From Macrostomum lignano (lineage: Eukaryota): a DNA stretch of 64,000 nt. This document shows, piece by piece, positions 26,105 through 37,200 of the stretch. The notes below the pieces were generated by a model. That model was not told the DNA's origin. It was given only the letters and a program-made list of their open reading frames with translations, and did no database searches. The position numbers and the translations under genes are program-made. Every line of letters starts with the position of its first letter. Position 1 is the first letter of the stretch. Where the stretch lies: NCBI GenBank assembly GCA_002269645.1, contig NIVC01001914.1:158287-222286 (forward strand), given 5' to 3'.

Positions 26105-27528
26105 CCATTCATTCCCCAGATAGCAAGCATCCCCCAGATAGAAAGCATCCCCCAGATAGCAAGCATCCCCAAATAGCAAGCATCCACAAGACAATAAGTA
26201 CCAGTAGCTAAGTGCAACAATTTCCTTAGCTTTATAGTGGCTCCTTTAAATTGGCATGGCGCTTTATACCTTTACATTTGAAATTGTATATCTTTAATGT
26301 TTGACATGGTGGCTCTTCTATGTTTGACATGGTGGCTCTTCTATGTTTGACATGGTGGCTCTTCTATGTTTGACATGGTGGCTCTTGTATGTTCGACATG
26401 GTGGCTCTTTTAATGTTCGACATGGTGGCTCTTTTAATGGTTGACATGGTGGCTCTTCTATGTTTGACATGGTGGCTCTTGTATGTTTGACATGGTGGCT
26501 CTTTTAATGGTCGACATGGTGGCTCTTTAATGTTCTTCATGATGGCTCTTTTATGTTTGACATGGTGGCTGTTTTATGTTTGACATGGTGGCTCTTTAAT
26601 ATTCTACATGGTGGCTCTTTTATGTTCGATATGGTGGCTCTTTTATTTTTGACATGGTGGCTCTTCTATGTTTGACATGGTGGCTCTTCTATGTTTGACA
26701 TGGTGGCTCTTGTATGTTTGACATGGTGGCTCTTTTAATGGTCGACATGGTGGCTCTTTAATGTTCTTCATGATGGCTCTTTTATGTTTGACATGGTGGC
26801 TGTTTTATGTTTGACATGGTGGCTCTTTAATATTCTACATGGTGGCTCTTTTATGTTCGATATGGTGGCTCTTTTATTTTTGACATGGTGGCTCTTCTAT
26901 GTTTGACATTGCGCTTCTTTTATGTTTAGCAGTTTTTTGTTTTTAAGTTGTTTTAATAAAAAAATCATTTTGCGCTACTAAGATTCAAACCCAGATCGCT
27001 ACATTAGCAGTCCAGTCTGTTTGCATCTAGGCTATCTTTTTTCAATTGGAGCACATGAATTGTGGCCCTTTTAATTCAATTCTTACAGCAAGTCAATTGG
27101 AGTAAAAAGTTATGACATAATCAATTTCTCAGTCAGCCAGTATCAGTCTCAATTTAAGTTAGCAATATGGTTACGCAATTTAAATCAAGTTGTGTGTGCA
27201 TTTCTTCGACACTGTTTTCAATTTGTTGCGATGCAATCTTTATCAGAATTGAAATTCAGCCAGTCAGTTTTTTCTCTAGCATTCTTACAATGCATTTCAA
27301 GTCAAAATTTTGCTTGACCTTTGCAAGAAAGCATGTTTTTCGAATATTTAATCCCTTTCACATTTAGCAATTTCCTAGCTAAGATGCATGTACCGTCCCA
27401 GAAAAATTTCTGATCGAATGGTGCAAGTTTGAAGAAAATCGGTTGAGCCGTTTTTTCTGAAATCTATCGCATACCCATATACATACATACATACATACAT
27501 ACAGACAACTCATTTTTAGTATATAGGA
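26105..27528 (-). mobile_element. Copy B of the Helitron-like element (shorter arrays, 3' end not identified)
   Basis: Colinear with copy A: 19-bp array, spacer, 23-bp array, ~600-bp unique part, (ATAC)n, terminus ...AGTATATAGGA. Confidence 0.55.
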
Positions 27529-27662
27529 CATGAATATACACAATAATATATAGAATAGTAGCTATAGGTAACATGATCTATTCTAGACCTAAAATCTAGG
27601 CAAAAATGGAGATAGCAATCTTACCAAGCTAAAAAATGATCTTTTTAAATTCAATACATGTA

Positions 27663-29008
27663 CTAGGGTTGTCAGAAAAGTTCTGTGTATTAGAGAATAG
27701 CTCAGCTCTATGAATAGCTGAAGAGTTGGGGTTTTAGCCATAGATATATACATATATAAAGAGTCGCTAGCTTCAGTTTTAGAGCACCATATCATTTCTA
27801 GCCAAAATAGCAATAATTTTTCAACCACACCCATGGTGCATTCCGTCCCGCGAGAGTTTTTCTAAACGCGACAATCGAGCAATCATCAAGTTTCATGTCC
27901 TTCAGGGGCATTCAGCAACCGAGATTTTTGAAGAAATGCGGCAGACCATAGGAGACTTTTGCCCATCTTATGAGACGATTCGCCGCTGGGCTATTGCCAT
28001 TCGCAACGGTAAAGAAGACCTCGACGACAAGCCACGCAGTGGACGACCAACGAGTGCTCGGACTGACAGCCTAGTGAGTCAGGTGGAGGCAGCCGTGCTG
28101 CAGGACCAGAGACTGACCACCAGGCAGCTGGCTGATACCATAGGGGACTAGGGGTGTCCCACGACTCAGTCCACAAGATCCTGACTGAGGACCTTGGGAT
28201 GCGCAAGGTCTGTGCCAAGTGGGTGCCGCATCTGCTCACTGACGATTAGCGGGCTCGGCGGGTTGCCATGTGTGTATCCAACCTGCAGCGGTGTCGGCAG
28301 GAGGGCATGGCATTCTTGCAAAGGATCGTTGCCTGTGATGAAACCTGGGCGCATTCTTGGGAGGCAGAGTTGAAGCGGCAGAGTACCACTTGGTGCAGGC
28401 CAGGTTCTCCGTGACCTCAAAAGGCCATCCGGAGCATTGGCCAGCTGAAGGTCATGCACGTGACTTTCTTCAACCAGGAGGGTCTGTTGTTTGATCAGCC
28501 TGTGCCAGTGGGGCAGACAATCAATGGTGATTTCTACCTGTCAGTTTTGGTGAAAGTTCGGCGTGCCATTTGGGACAAAGACCTGCACTTCACGCGGCTG
28601 GCCCAATTCTGCTTCACAAAAATGCAGCCCCGCACCGAAAGCAAAGCGTGCTGGCTACGATTGAGTCGTGGGGGTGGGAAATTCTTCTGCATCTGCCTTA
28701 TTCCCCGGACTTAAGTCCATGCGACTTTTTCCTCTTCCCTTGCATCAAGGAGTCGATGCGAGGCCAGCGTTTTAGCACAGAGGAAGACGTGAATCAGGCC
28801 TACAAGGCTGGCATTGCCGCCGTGACGAACAATGGCATGACTACAAGCATTGACGGGCTAGTGCAGCATTGGGAGAAGTGTATTGAAGCTGAGGGCTCAT
28901 ACTTTGAGTGAATATATGTTAAGGAAGACATTTGTAACTTTTCATGTTTCTTCTGTTTATTGTTCTCAAGTTATTACAATATACACAGAACTTTTCTGAC
29001 AACCCTCG
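27663..29008 (+). mobile_element. Full-length but inactivated mariner (DD34D) transposon
   Basis: 26-bp TIRs C(T/G)AGGGTTGTCAGAAAAGTTCTGTGT at 27663-27688 and 28983-29008, flanked by TA; length ~1.35 kb. Confidence 0.93.
27833..28911 (+). pseudogene. Mariner transposase pseudogene
   Basis: HTH ..PSYETIRRW..DDKPRSGRP; WVPHLL; IVACDETW; LHKNAAPH (second catalytic D of HDNA lost); PYSPDLSPCDFFLF. Frameshifts near 28145 and 28575; in-frame stops near 28247 and 28412. Confidence 0.9.
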
Positions 29009-29715
29009 TATATGTTTATAGATATAGAGATATTTAGATTACAAATCTGATTTCATAATCAGAAAATAGGCCTATAAGTAAAGTCAATTTCTATATTTAA
29101 GAATTAGAAAAGGCCTATTTTATTCTTCTTCTTAATTGTCATCTAGGGTATTTCAAAGGCTGCCAAAAGATTATCATTGATTCTAAATAGGTCAGCAGTA
29201 TAAAAGTATATTTATACTACTATATGGTATGTTGCTATAAAATACAGCAGAGTATTAGGGCCTATACTATTAAAGCAACAAGAAAAAGCCACACAAACTA
29301 AAAGTTGACTAAAGTTTTCTACTTAGGCCTATTTGAGTCCTTGTGATTTACCTATTGGCGAAAATTATCTCTATATTTCCCTATAAATAGTAAGTGTTAA
29401 TATTAGAAAATTGGCCTCTAAAAGTTTTTCTATATAATATATAAGTTGTACTATTTTTTTCTATTTCTACAAACCTTCAATGGTAATGGCTTTAAGCTCA
29501 ATTCTGCAACATATTCAGAAAACTAAAAATGATTTTAACCAAAAAGAAAGAAATTTTACTAGGCCTAAAGCATATTATTTATTTGCTTTGGTTATTAAAC
29601 TCTACCGAATAAACCCAATTTTAATACTGGATCACATCATGCCAATCACTGAAGTACAAACTTCAAACCACTTTAAACCACAAAGAATCTATAATCACAA
29701 AGTTAAAAGAAAATA

Positions 29716-30990
29716 GGCAATAGTGCAGTTTCGTTTGCGAAATTATTTTTCGCTTAAATTTGAAAGTTTGAAACCAGAAAACAATAGCAACAATGTTTTA
29801 AACCATTCTAGCGACTGTGCCAGAGCTCACTGGTCACGGAACTTTAAAGCAAATGGGCGCTCTATTATAGTATTTGTCATGCTATCTCAGCCTAGAGACA
29901 TCCAAACTCAGCCAGTCCCATTCCGCAATGCATTTTTTTGGCTCGAGCTAGTCAACTTTTACCATAGACATGCTTCTTAAGGCCATGCTATCTCAGCCTG
30001 GGACATGCAATCTCAGCCAATATAGATTTCAATTGCAAACAGATCTCAATGCTATCATTTCTGTAACGTGACATGAAATGGCAACAAACAGCAATGAATG
30101 AACGCAGCAAGAAAAGTCAGTAAGGGTACGCAACAACGGACAAAGTCAGTAAGACGCTCAGTGCTCAGCCTAGTTGAAAGGCTGCTCTGCGATACACTGC
30201 GGGAAGTTCTGATTGCAGTGAATCTCCTATCTGGCCACCTTTAGTGGCGTCACAGCATCTAGCACGACTTGGCCCACTTGCTCCAAGAGAATGAGGCGCC
30301 AAGCTTTGCAGGTGACCCCATCGGGTCGGCCACCAGCCTCCTCCTCCACCAGTGCAGGGTCAGCTAGCTGCAGCTTGATCGAGATTTGCTTCGATCACAG
30401 ACTAAGCCACAGACAGCTTGACATAGCATCTGAAAAGTGGCTGAGATTGCATGTCCCAGGCTGAGACAGCATGGCCCCAAGAAGCATGTCCATGGTAAAA
30501 CTTGACTGGCTTACGTAAAAAATCGCACTGTCGAAATGGGCTGGCTGAGTTTGGATGTCTCTAGGCTGAGATAGCATGACAAATACTATAGTAGGGCCTA
30601 TACTTTTTTCATTAAATCTGTGCCACGCTCGAATGCTACTTGAAATGCAATTTGTCTATGGAAAAAATAGTTTGGGTCAAGTGGGGGGCTTGAACTGTTT
30701 CCCTTTAGCTGAGAAGCTGCTAATATCTGCTTTTTCTTTTGGACAACATATTGTACCATGGCTAGACGACCACCAAGACCCTCGTGGATAATTCCGTCGA
30801 ATGAAGTGCTGCCAGCGAATGCTCTACCGCAACTAGAGCTAAATGCGCGCGACCTGATGGATGCCATGGTGTCTGCCACAATCGTTAGAATGGTTTAAAA
30901 CATCAATTTTTATCGTTGTTATTGTTTTCTGGTTTCGAACTTTCAAATTTAAACGAAAAATAATTTCGCGAACGAAACTGCACTTTTGCC
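29716..30990. mobile_element. Non-autonomous TIR element with ~110-bp TIRs and AATA flanking duplication
   Basis: 29716-29825 (GGCAATAGTGCAGTTTCGTTTGCGAAATTATTTTTCG...) is the inverted homolog of ~30870-30990. AATA lies directly outside both ends (29712-29715 and 30991-30994). Confidence 0.75.
29855..30598. mobile_element. Nested MITE/foldback element with ~160-bp TIRs
   Basis: 29865-30019 (TATAGTATTTGTCATGCTATCTCAGCCTAGAGACATCCAAACTCAGCC...) is inverted at 30438-30595; the near-identical ORFs 29723(+) and 30395(-) reflect this. TSD not resolved. Confidence 0.75.
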
Positions 30991-33769
30991 AATAAATATC
31001 TAATTTCTTGGAAAAATTTAAAAAAAAAATAACTACTGTTATTTAAAGCAAAACATTTTTATAATTTTATTTATTTCTTTTTGTCCTGTTTAGTAAATGT
31101 GGTAATTAAAAACAAAGTTTGCATTTTTTCATATTATCACATTTAGAGTTTTAGCTTTGCCTTGTTGGCACTTCTTTAATTGGTGGATAATTGAGCCAAG
31201 GCTTTTGGATATATTGCAGGCTTTTTTGTGAATATATACTACTTCATTATACAAAATAGATACCAGAATAAGTTTAAATCTTCTAAGAAAAAAACAGTAT
31301 CAATTTTTAAGTCTGTTAAATGTTTGCCTACTTTAGCAGCCTCACTTTATACAATTTTCCACTTTCTTCTTGGCTAGGCTAGGCAAAATTATATTATAAT
31401 TGTAATAGGCTTATTGGCATATTTATGGTTTTTATTAGGGAAGATGCCACATTGAGGGGGATACATTCAAATGGACCACCATTATTCCATAGACCTCTAT
31501 GACCTCTCCTTCTCCCATTTAATTGGAAGGGCCATGACTCCCCTCCTATGTGGGCTATGTATGCAACTCCTTGTAAGATGCTCAATGCACTGTACCTGTA
31601 GGTCATGCTTAGTACACATCTATAGATTTGAGAATTTATTCCAATAGTATATCATAGAAAAACTTTTGAAATATTCATTTATTCATTTCAATTTCATTTG
31701 GATAACAATATACTGTTTTCTTTTTCACAAAATTAACTTTAAAAAACTGACTGTGACACTAAAAAAATAAGTGCTTTAGTATTTTTTTGAATTGAATAGA
31801 AAAACAGTAAGTTATGTATGTTTATAATGTCATTATAAAATATAAAACTTTATTTTTTATCCTTAGCCAATAGTTTGTTTTTATGTCTATATATTAATTT
31901 TGTATTGTTTGTCTGCCAATCAGTCAGTCAGTCTGTCTGTCATTGATTTTTAAAAAAAAACCATCTAGCCTATTTTTTCAAGTAAGCTTTAAACAAACTA
32001 TAACTTTTTGGCAATCATGCATAACTTTTTAAAGAAAAATTTAAAAGGGAAAGCAGTCAATCAAATATTTGAAAAAAAACATTTTAATGCCTTTAATGGG
32101 TGCTCTGTTTTTAAATTTAATTGTTTTTTAACCATTTAGGCCTTTTCTTGGCCAATATACAGTGTACAATGTACAATCACAATTAGACTAAAGGAGTTTA
32201 ATAACCTTTCACATAGTGGGCTCACAAATGGTAGGGTTGGATAAATTTTATTATCATTTACCAACTAGTCTAATAGACAATTGATGAAAGATTGTATGCA
32301 TAGGTAAGGCTTAAAAAGCTTGCCTGAAATTTATCAACCCCCTAAACTGCTCTGATCTTATTTGTCTTATTTTATGAATACAATATTGTGTGGCACAGTT
32401 GTAGATAGGGGCAGTAGCTTATGGGCCCAATTAATTCATACCAATTGTTAGTAGGTCAAATATTAAAAAACAAAGCTTTCAATGCTTAATGTTTGAACTT
32501 TTAATTTGAATACCCACTATTAAGGGCTTAGTGTCATAGTATGCTTACATACTTAGCAATAGAAGATTCTGTCTGTGGTTGCCCCTTTTGAAAATGCAAA
32601 AAGACATTGAAAGTCTTTCATCTTTGCAAGTGACACAATTTAGCTATGTTGTGGCAAGCTTGAGTTGAGGAATAGAGTATAGAGATGCAGTATAAAGGGT
32701 TTTGTTAGATAGATTCTTATATCTTTTACTTCAGAATTACTCACTAGTGAATAGAGTGGCAATTTTGAATTTGAATCCCCTATGGGGGCTTAATGTACTA
32801 GTGTAAACAAAATATGTATTTAAATTTTGACAACACTTTCATTTTTCTTAGTTTTTTTAATAGGTTAGCTTTGTTGCATTTAGAAAACAATTTTTGGGCA
32901 AAAATAATTATAGTCCTTAATAGGCAAGATGCATAAGCAAGATTATTTGAATGATTTTCAAAAGTAAGAGTTGCTTTTTATCTACACATATAATATTTAT
33001 CTAATAAAAATATTTGAAATAACTTTAAAAAATCTTACTAAAGTCCTTATTATAATAATCATTTTTGCCCAAAACTAAAGTTTTTTTGTAAATATTTTGG
33101 TATAATGAACAATTTTTTAATTTTTTAATCAATATTTTGTATTAGGTATACTTAATTTTGTGACTTAGTTTTGTCCAGATTTGCAACTTAGTTCCTCCTA
33201 ATTGCAACTTTGGTTCCTACCAGTTTGGACTGATTGGACAGGTGTTGGGCATATATGATTATATTGTATATATTGTATTTGACTTCTATTTTATAATGAC
33301 CTCTTATACTAAAAATTATTCTTTTCAATTCTGTTTGTTGCAATTTTTTTAAGATATAAAATTGTTTGTTATTTTTTATTTAATTTCCTAAATTACCTAG
33401 GTAATTGTTGAAAAAATAGTTATATGCAAATAATTATATATGAAAGTAAAAACTAAGCTCACAATAAAGCCTAAGGTATAGTATTTATATTTGCCTTTAT
33501 GACAACTGTTAAAGTAGACATCATTCAGAATAATGCTAGATAAGAATGTAACAAAGGTGGAAAACTATAAATTAAATATACTTTTACTTTTTGTCTAAGA
33601 CACTAGTGATCAAATCTTTTGAAATGAAGTGAAAAATCAATATTTTTATTTTTAACAAAGATTAAGTATTTATGCACCTCTTCTTTTTTATCATGACACA
33701 TTTTTAACAGTAAATATTAACTTTATACACCATTATTTTATGATATATAGTGTATTTTATATTGTTAAA

Positions 33770-34035
33770 GGGCATTGTAGCCTAGTGGTTAGAGCGTTAG
33801 ACTCATGACTTGAAAGTCAGGGGTTCAATTCCCAATCCCATTGTAACAATTTGTGCCCTTCAGCAAGACACAACTCTGCATTGCTTCAGTTCACCCAGCT
33901 GTGAAATGGGTGTCATCAGTAGTGTATTTGAGGGTGTGTGTGTTGACACCCCAGTTCTTGGACTGATAGCTGAGCTGTCAGTTACACATCTGCCCACCCA
34001 TTCTGGCAGGTGTAATCAATTATGATTATGATTAT
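33770..34035 (+). mobile_element. tRNA-derived SINE with CORE-like central domain and (TATGAT)n tail
   Basis: A box TAGCCTAGTGG, B box GGTTCAATTCC; central GCAAGACAC..CTCTGCATTGCTTCAGTTCACCCAGCTGTGAAATGGG; second copy at 49530-49757. Confidence 0.75.
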
Positions 34036-34264
34036 TTTATATTTTTTAACTAACTGACAAAACACAAAGAATCCAGTTGGGGATCCTAATCCCATAATAC
34101 TGAAAACTGCACATGGAACCTCGAATCAGTTAATAATAATGCTTGCTTTAGAGTTGATGTATATATATATATAATTATTATGTAGCGTGGAGAGGATCAA
34201 CATATTTAGGACTGAAATTTAGTTAAAAATAATGCATGCCCATACTCAGCCGCAGCTGCACCAG

Positions 34265-37200
34265 ATGGGCAACTCCTGCATCAGCGGCCGCCGCCGCGCT
34301 CGTCATCTCAGACGTCGCCGGGCCCAACCTCAAGCCGACGAAGCCAGCAGGCACTCATCCATGATGCTGGATTTGTCACAGCTTTCTGACAACCGGAGCC
34401 TCCCCTACATCATCAGCCTCTACGACCAGCTCGAGGACATCAGCTTCCTCACTGATCTGCTTGGCGAGGGCGGCAATCGCCTCACTGAGCAGGAGTCCAT
34501 CCGGCTCACTGTGCGCTTCATTGTCAGGCACTATGACAGGTAAGCTATCTATCATAGCCAGCCTCCCAGATCCTCAGTTGCTGGGCCAGCCTCCCAGATC
34601 CTCAGTTGCTGGGCCAGCCTCCCAGATCCTCAGTTGCTGGGCCAGCCTCCCAGAACCTCAGTTTCTGGGCCAGCCTCCCAAATCCTCAGTTGCTGAGCCA
34701 GCTCCCAGAACCTCAGTTGCTGGGCCACAGTCTCCCAAATCCTCAGTTGCTGGGCGACCAGCCTCCCAGTCCCAGATCCTCAGTTGCTAGGCCAGCCTCC
34801 CAGATCCTCAGTTGCTGGGCCACAGCCTCCCAAATCCTCAGTTGCTGGGCCACAGTCTCCCAAATCCTCAGTTGCTGGGCCAGCCTCCCAAATCCTCAGT
34901 TGCTGGGCGACCAGCCTCCCAGTCCCAGATCCTCAGTTGCTAGGCCAGCCTCCCAGATCCTCAGTTGCTAGGACAGCCTCCCAGATCCTCAGTTGCTGGG
35001 CCAGCCTCCCAAATCCTCAGTTGCTGGGCCAGCCTCCCAAATCCTCATGCAGTTGCTGGGCCACCAGCCACCCAGCCCCAGATCCTCAGTTGCCGGGCCA
35101 GCCTCCCAGATCCTCAGTTGCCGGGCCAGCCTCCCAGATCCTCAGTTGCCGGGCCAGCCTCCCACATCCTCAGTTGCCGGGCCAGCCTCCCAGATCCTCA
35201 GTTGCTGGACCAGCCTCCCAGATCCTCAGTTGCTGGGCCAGCCTCCCAGATCCTCAGTTGCTGGGCCAGCCTCCAGAAGATAGCATGTTTTCATTTTAAA
35301 ACGCCTAATACATTACTAAGCTAATCTTTTTGAGTGAGCGCTTACAATGTGTAGCAAAATGAAAGCCTTCAATTGGTTAAATTGGTAATAAATGTTTAAT
35401 TTTACTATCTAGTGTTCAATTGCAACTGGGGATGTCCAAAATTAGCAGTTTTAGACTATTTATGTTTGCACAGAATTTCAGTTATTAGCACCTGTAACCT
35501 ACCCCTGCCAACGGTGCCAAGTGCACTGAAAGGCTCCAGATGTGGAAATAAGATAGCGTATGCTGTGTGCATATATTTGACTATAGTTGGCTATACTGAC
35601 GTTACCCCGGGCTCCTGCTTGCTTTCTGTCTGCAATCGTGTTCTTATCACGTGTGTTTCTTGACGAACTAGACACACCCTAGTTCTCTATTACGAAAATT
35701 GTATGCGTGGCTTCTAATTTTCTAGTTCAGAATTTTTATATGCGGAAATGCGCACCAATGTTATTAATCATTAGCTCATGTCTAAAAATAGCAGTTTGTT
35801 GCCTTACCAATCTGGGCAAGGCAGATAAGGCAGTCTCGGTAAGGCAATCTGGGTAAGGCAATCTCGTTCAAGCTTTAAAATAACACTTTTTTTTAAATAA
35901 CACATCGGCTGATACAATATCTAAAAATATGTTTCATTTCGACACATATCGGCTGATATTGTATCTAGAAACAAGTTCCATTTCGATACATATCGAGTGA
36001 TATACTGTCTCTAAAAATGTTTTATTTCGATACATATCGGTTAATATTGCATCTAAAAACAAGTTCCATTTTGATACATATCGGCTGATCTAAAGTAGAT
36101 TTTGATAAATTTCGTGTATGTAATAGAAAAATAATTTGCGTTTTTCTTAATCCTTTATTCAGAGACGAAAACGAAACGCTGAAGAAGTTCGCCCTATTCC
36201 AGCTGCACAGCTACTCAGAGGTTGAGCGCCAGTTTTTAATTATGGTTGGGATCCTAATTGAAGAGGTGCCTATCGATCATTGCTTGGGCGCCTGCATCAT
36301 CAGCATGATACTGGATGGCGGCTGTCTGCCTACTAAGGTGCGTTTCCTCCAAAGGAGATAAATGGATGAGAAAAATCAGGATATGGGATGAATAGGAGAA
36401 AAAAATCAGGATATGGGATGAATAGGAGAAAAAAATCAGGATATGGGATGAATAGGGGAAGAAAATCAGGATATGGGATGAATAGGGGAAGAAAATCAGG
36501 ATATGGGATGAATAGGGGAAGAAAGTCAGGATATGGGATGAATAGGGGAAGAAAGTCAGGATATGGGATAAATAAGGGAAGAAAATCAGGATATGGGATA
36601 AATAGGGGAAGAAAGTCAGGATATGGGATGAATAGGGGAAGAAAGTCAGGATATGGGATGAATAGGATAAAAAATCAGGATATGAGATGAATAGGGGAAG
36701 AAAATCAGGATATGGGATGAATAGGGGAAGAAAATCAGGATATGGGATGAATAGAGGAAGAAAATCAGGATATGGGATGAATAGGGGAAGAAAGTCAGGA
36801 TATGGGATGAATAGGGGAAGAAAGTCAGGATATGGGATAAATAGGGGAAGAAAGTCAGGATATGGGATGAATAGAGGAAGAAAATCAGGATATGGGATGA
36901 ATAGGGGAAGAAAATCAGGATATGGGATGAATAGAGGAAGAAAATCAGGATATGGGATGAATAGGGGAAGAAAATCAGGATAAGGGATGAATAGAAGAAA
37001 ATCTGGAATAAAATTTGGGATAAATAGTAGATAAGTGGGATACTCGTAAAATTTCAAACTCTCCCAACCGCAGGAGCTGGTCTCAGACCTGATGCAGCAG
37101 TTAGATTTTGCTAACGCCTCGTCATTGTCCGAGATTAAACAGAAGAACTCCCTTTGCGTGGTGGCTGCTCTGGCCACCAAACTGGCTGGCGCAATGTTCA

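Noticed and set aside
31394-31606. 70-aa ORF in an AT-rich region
   Set aside because: No recognisable motif or supporting splice structure; possibly a decayed fragment.
33770-33845. Functional tRNA gene
   Set aside because: No convincing acceptor stem, and it continues into a SINE body that has a second genomic copy.
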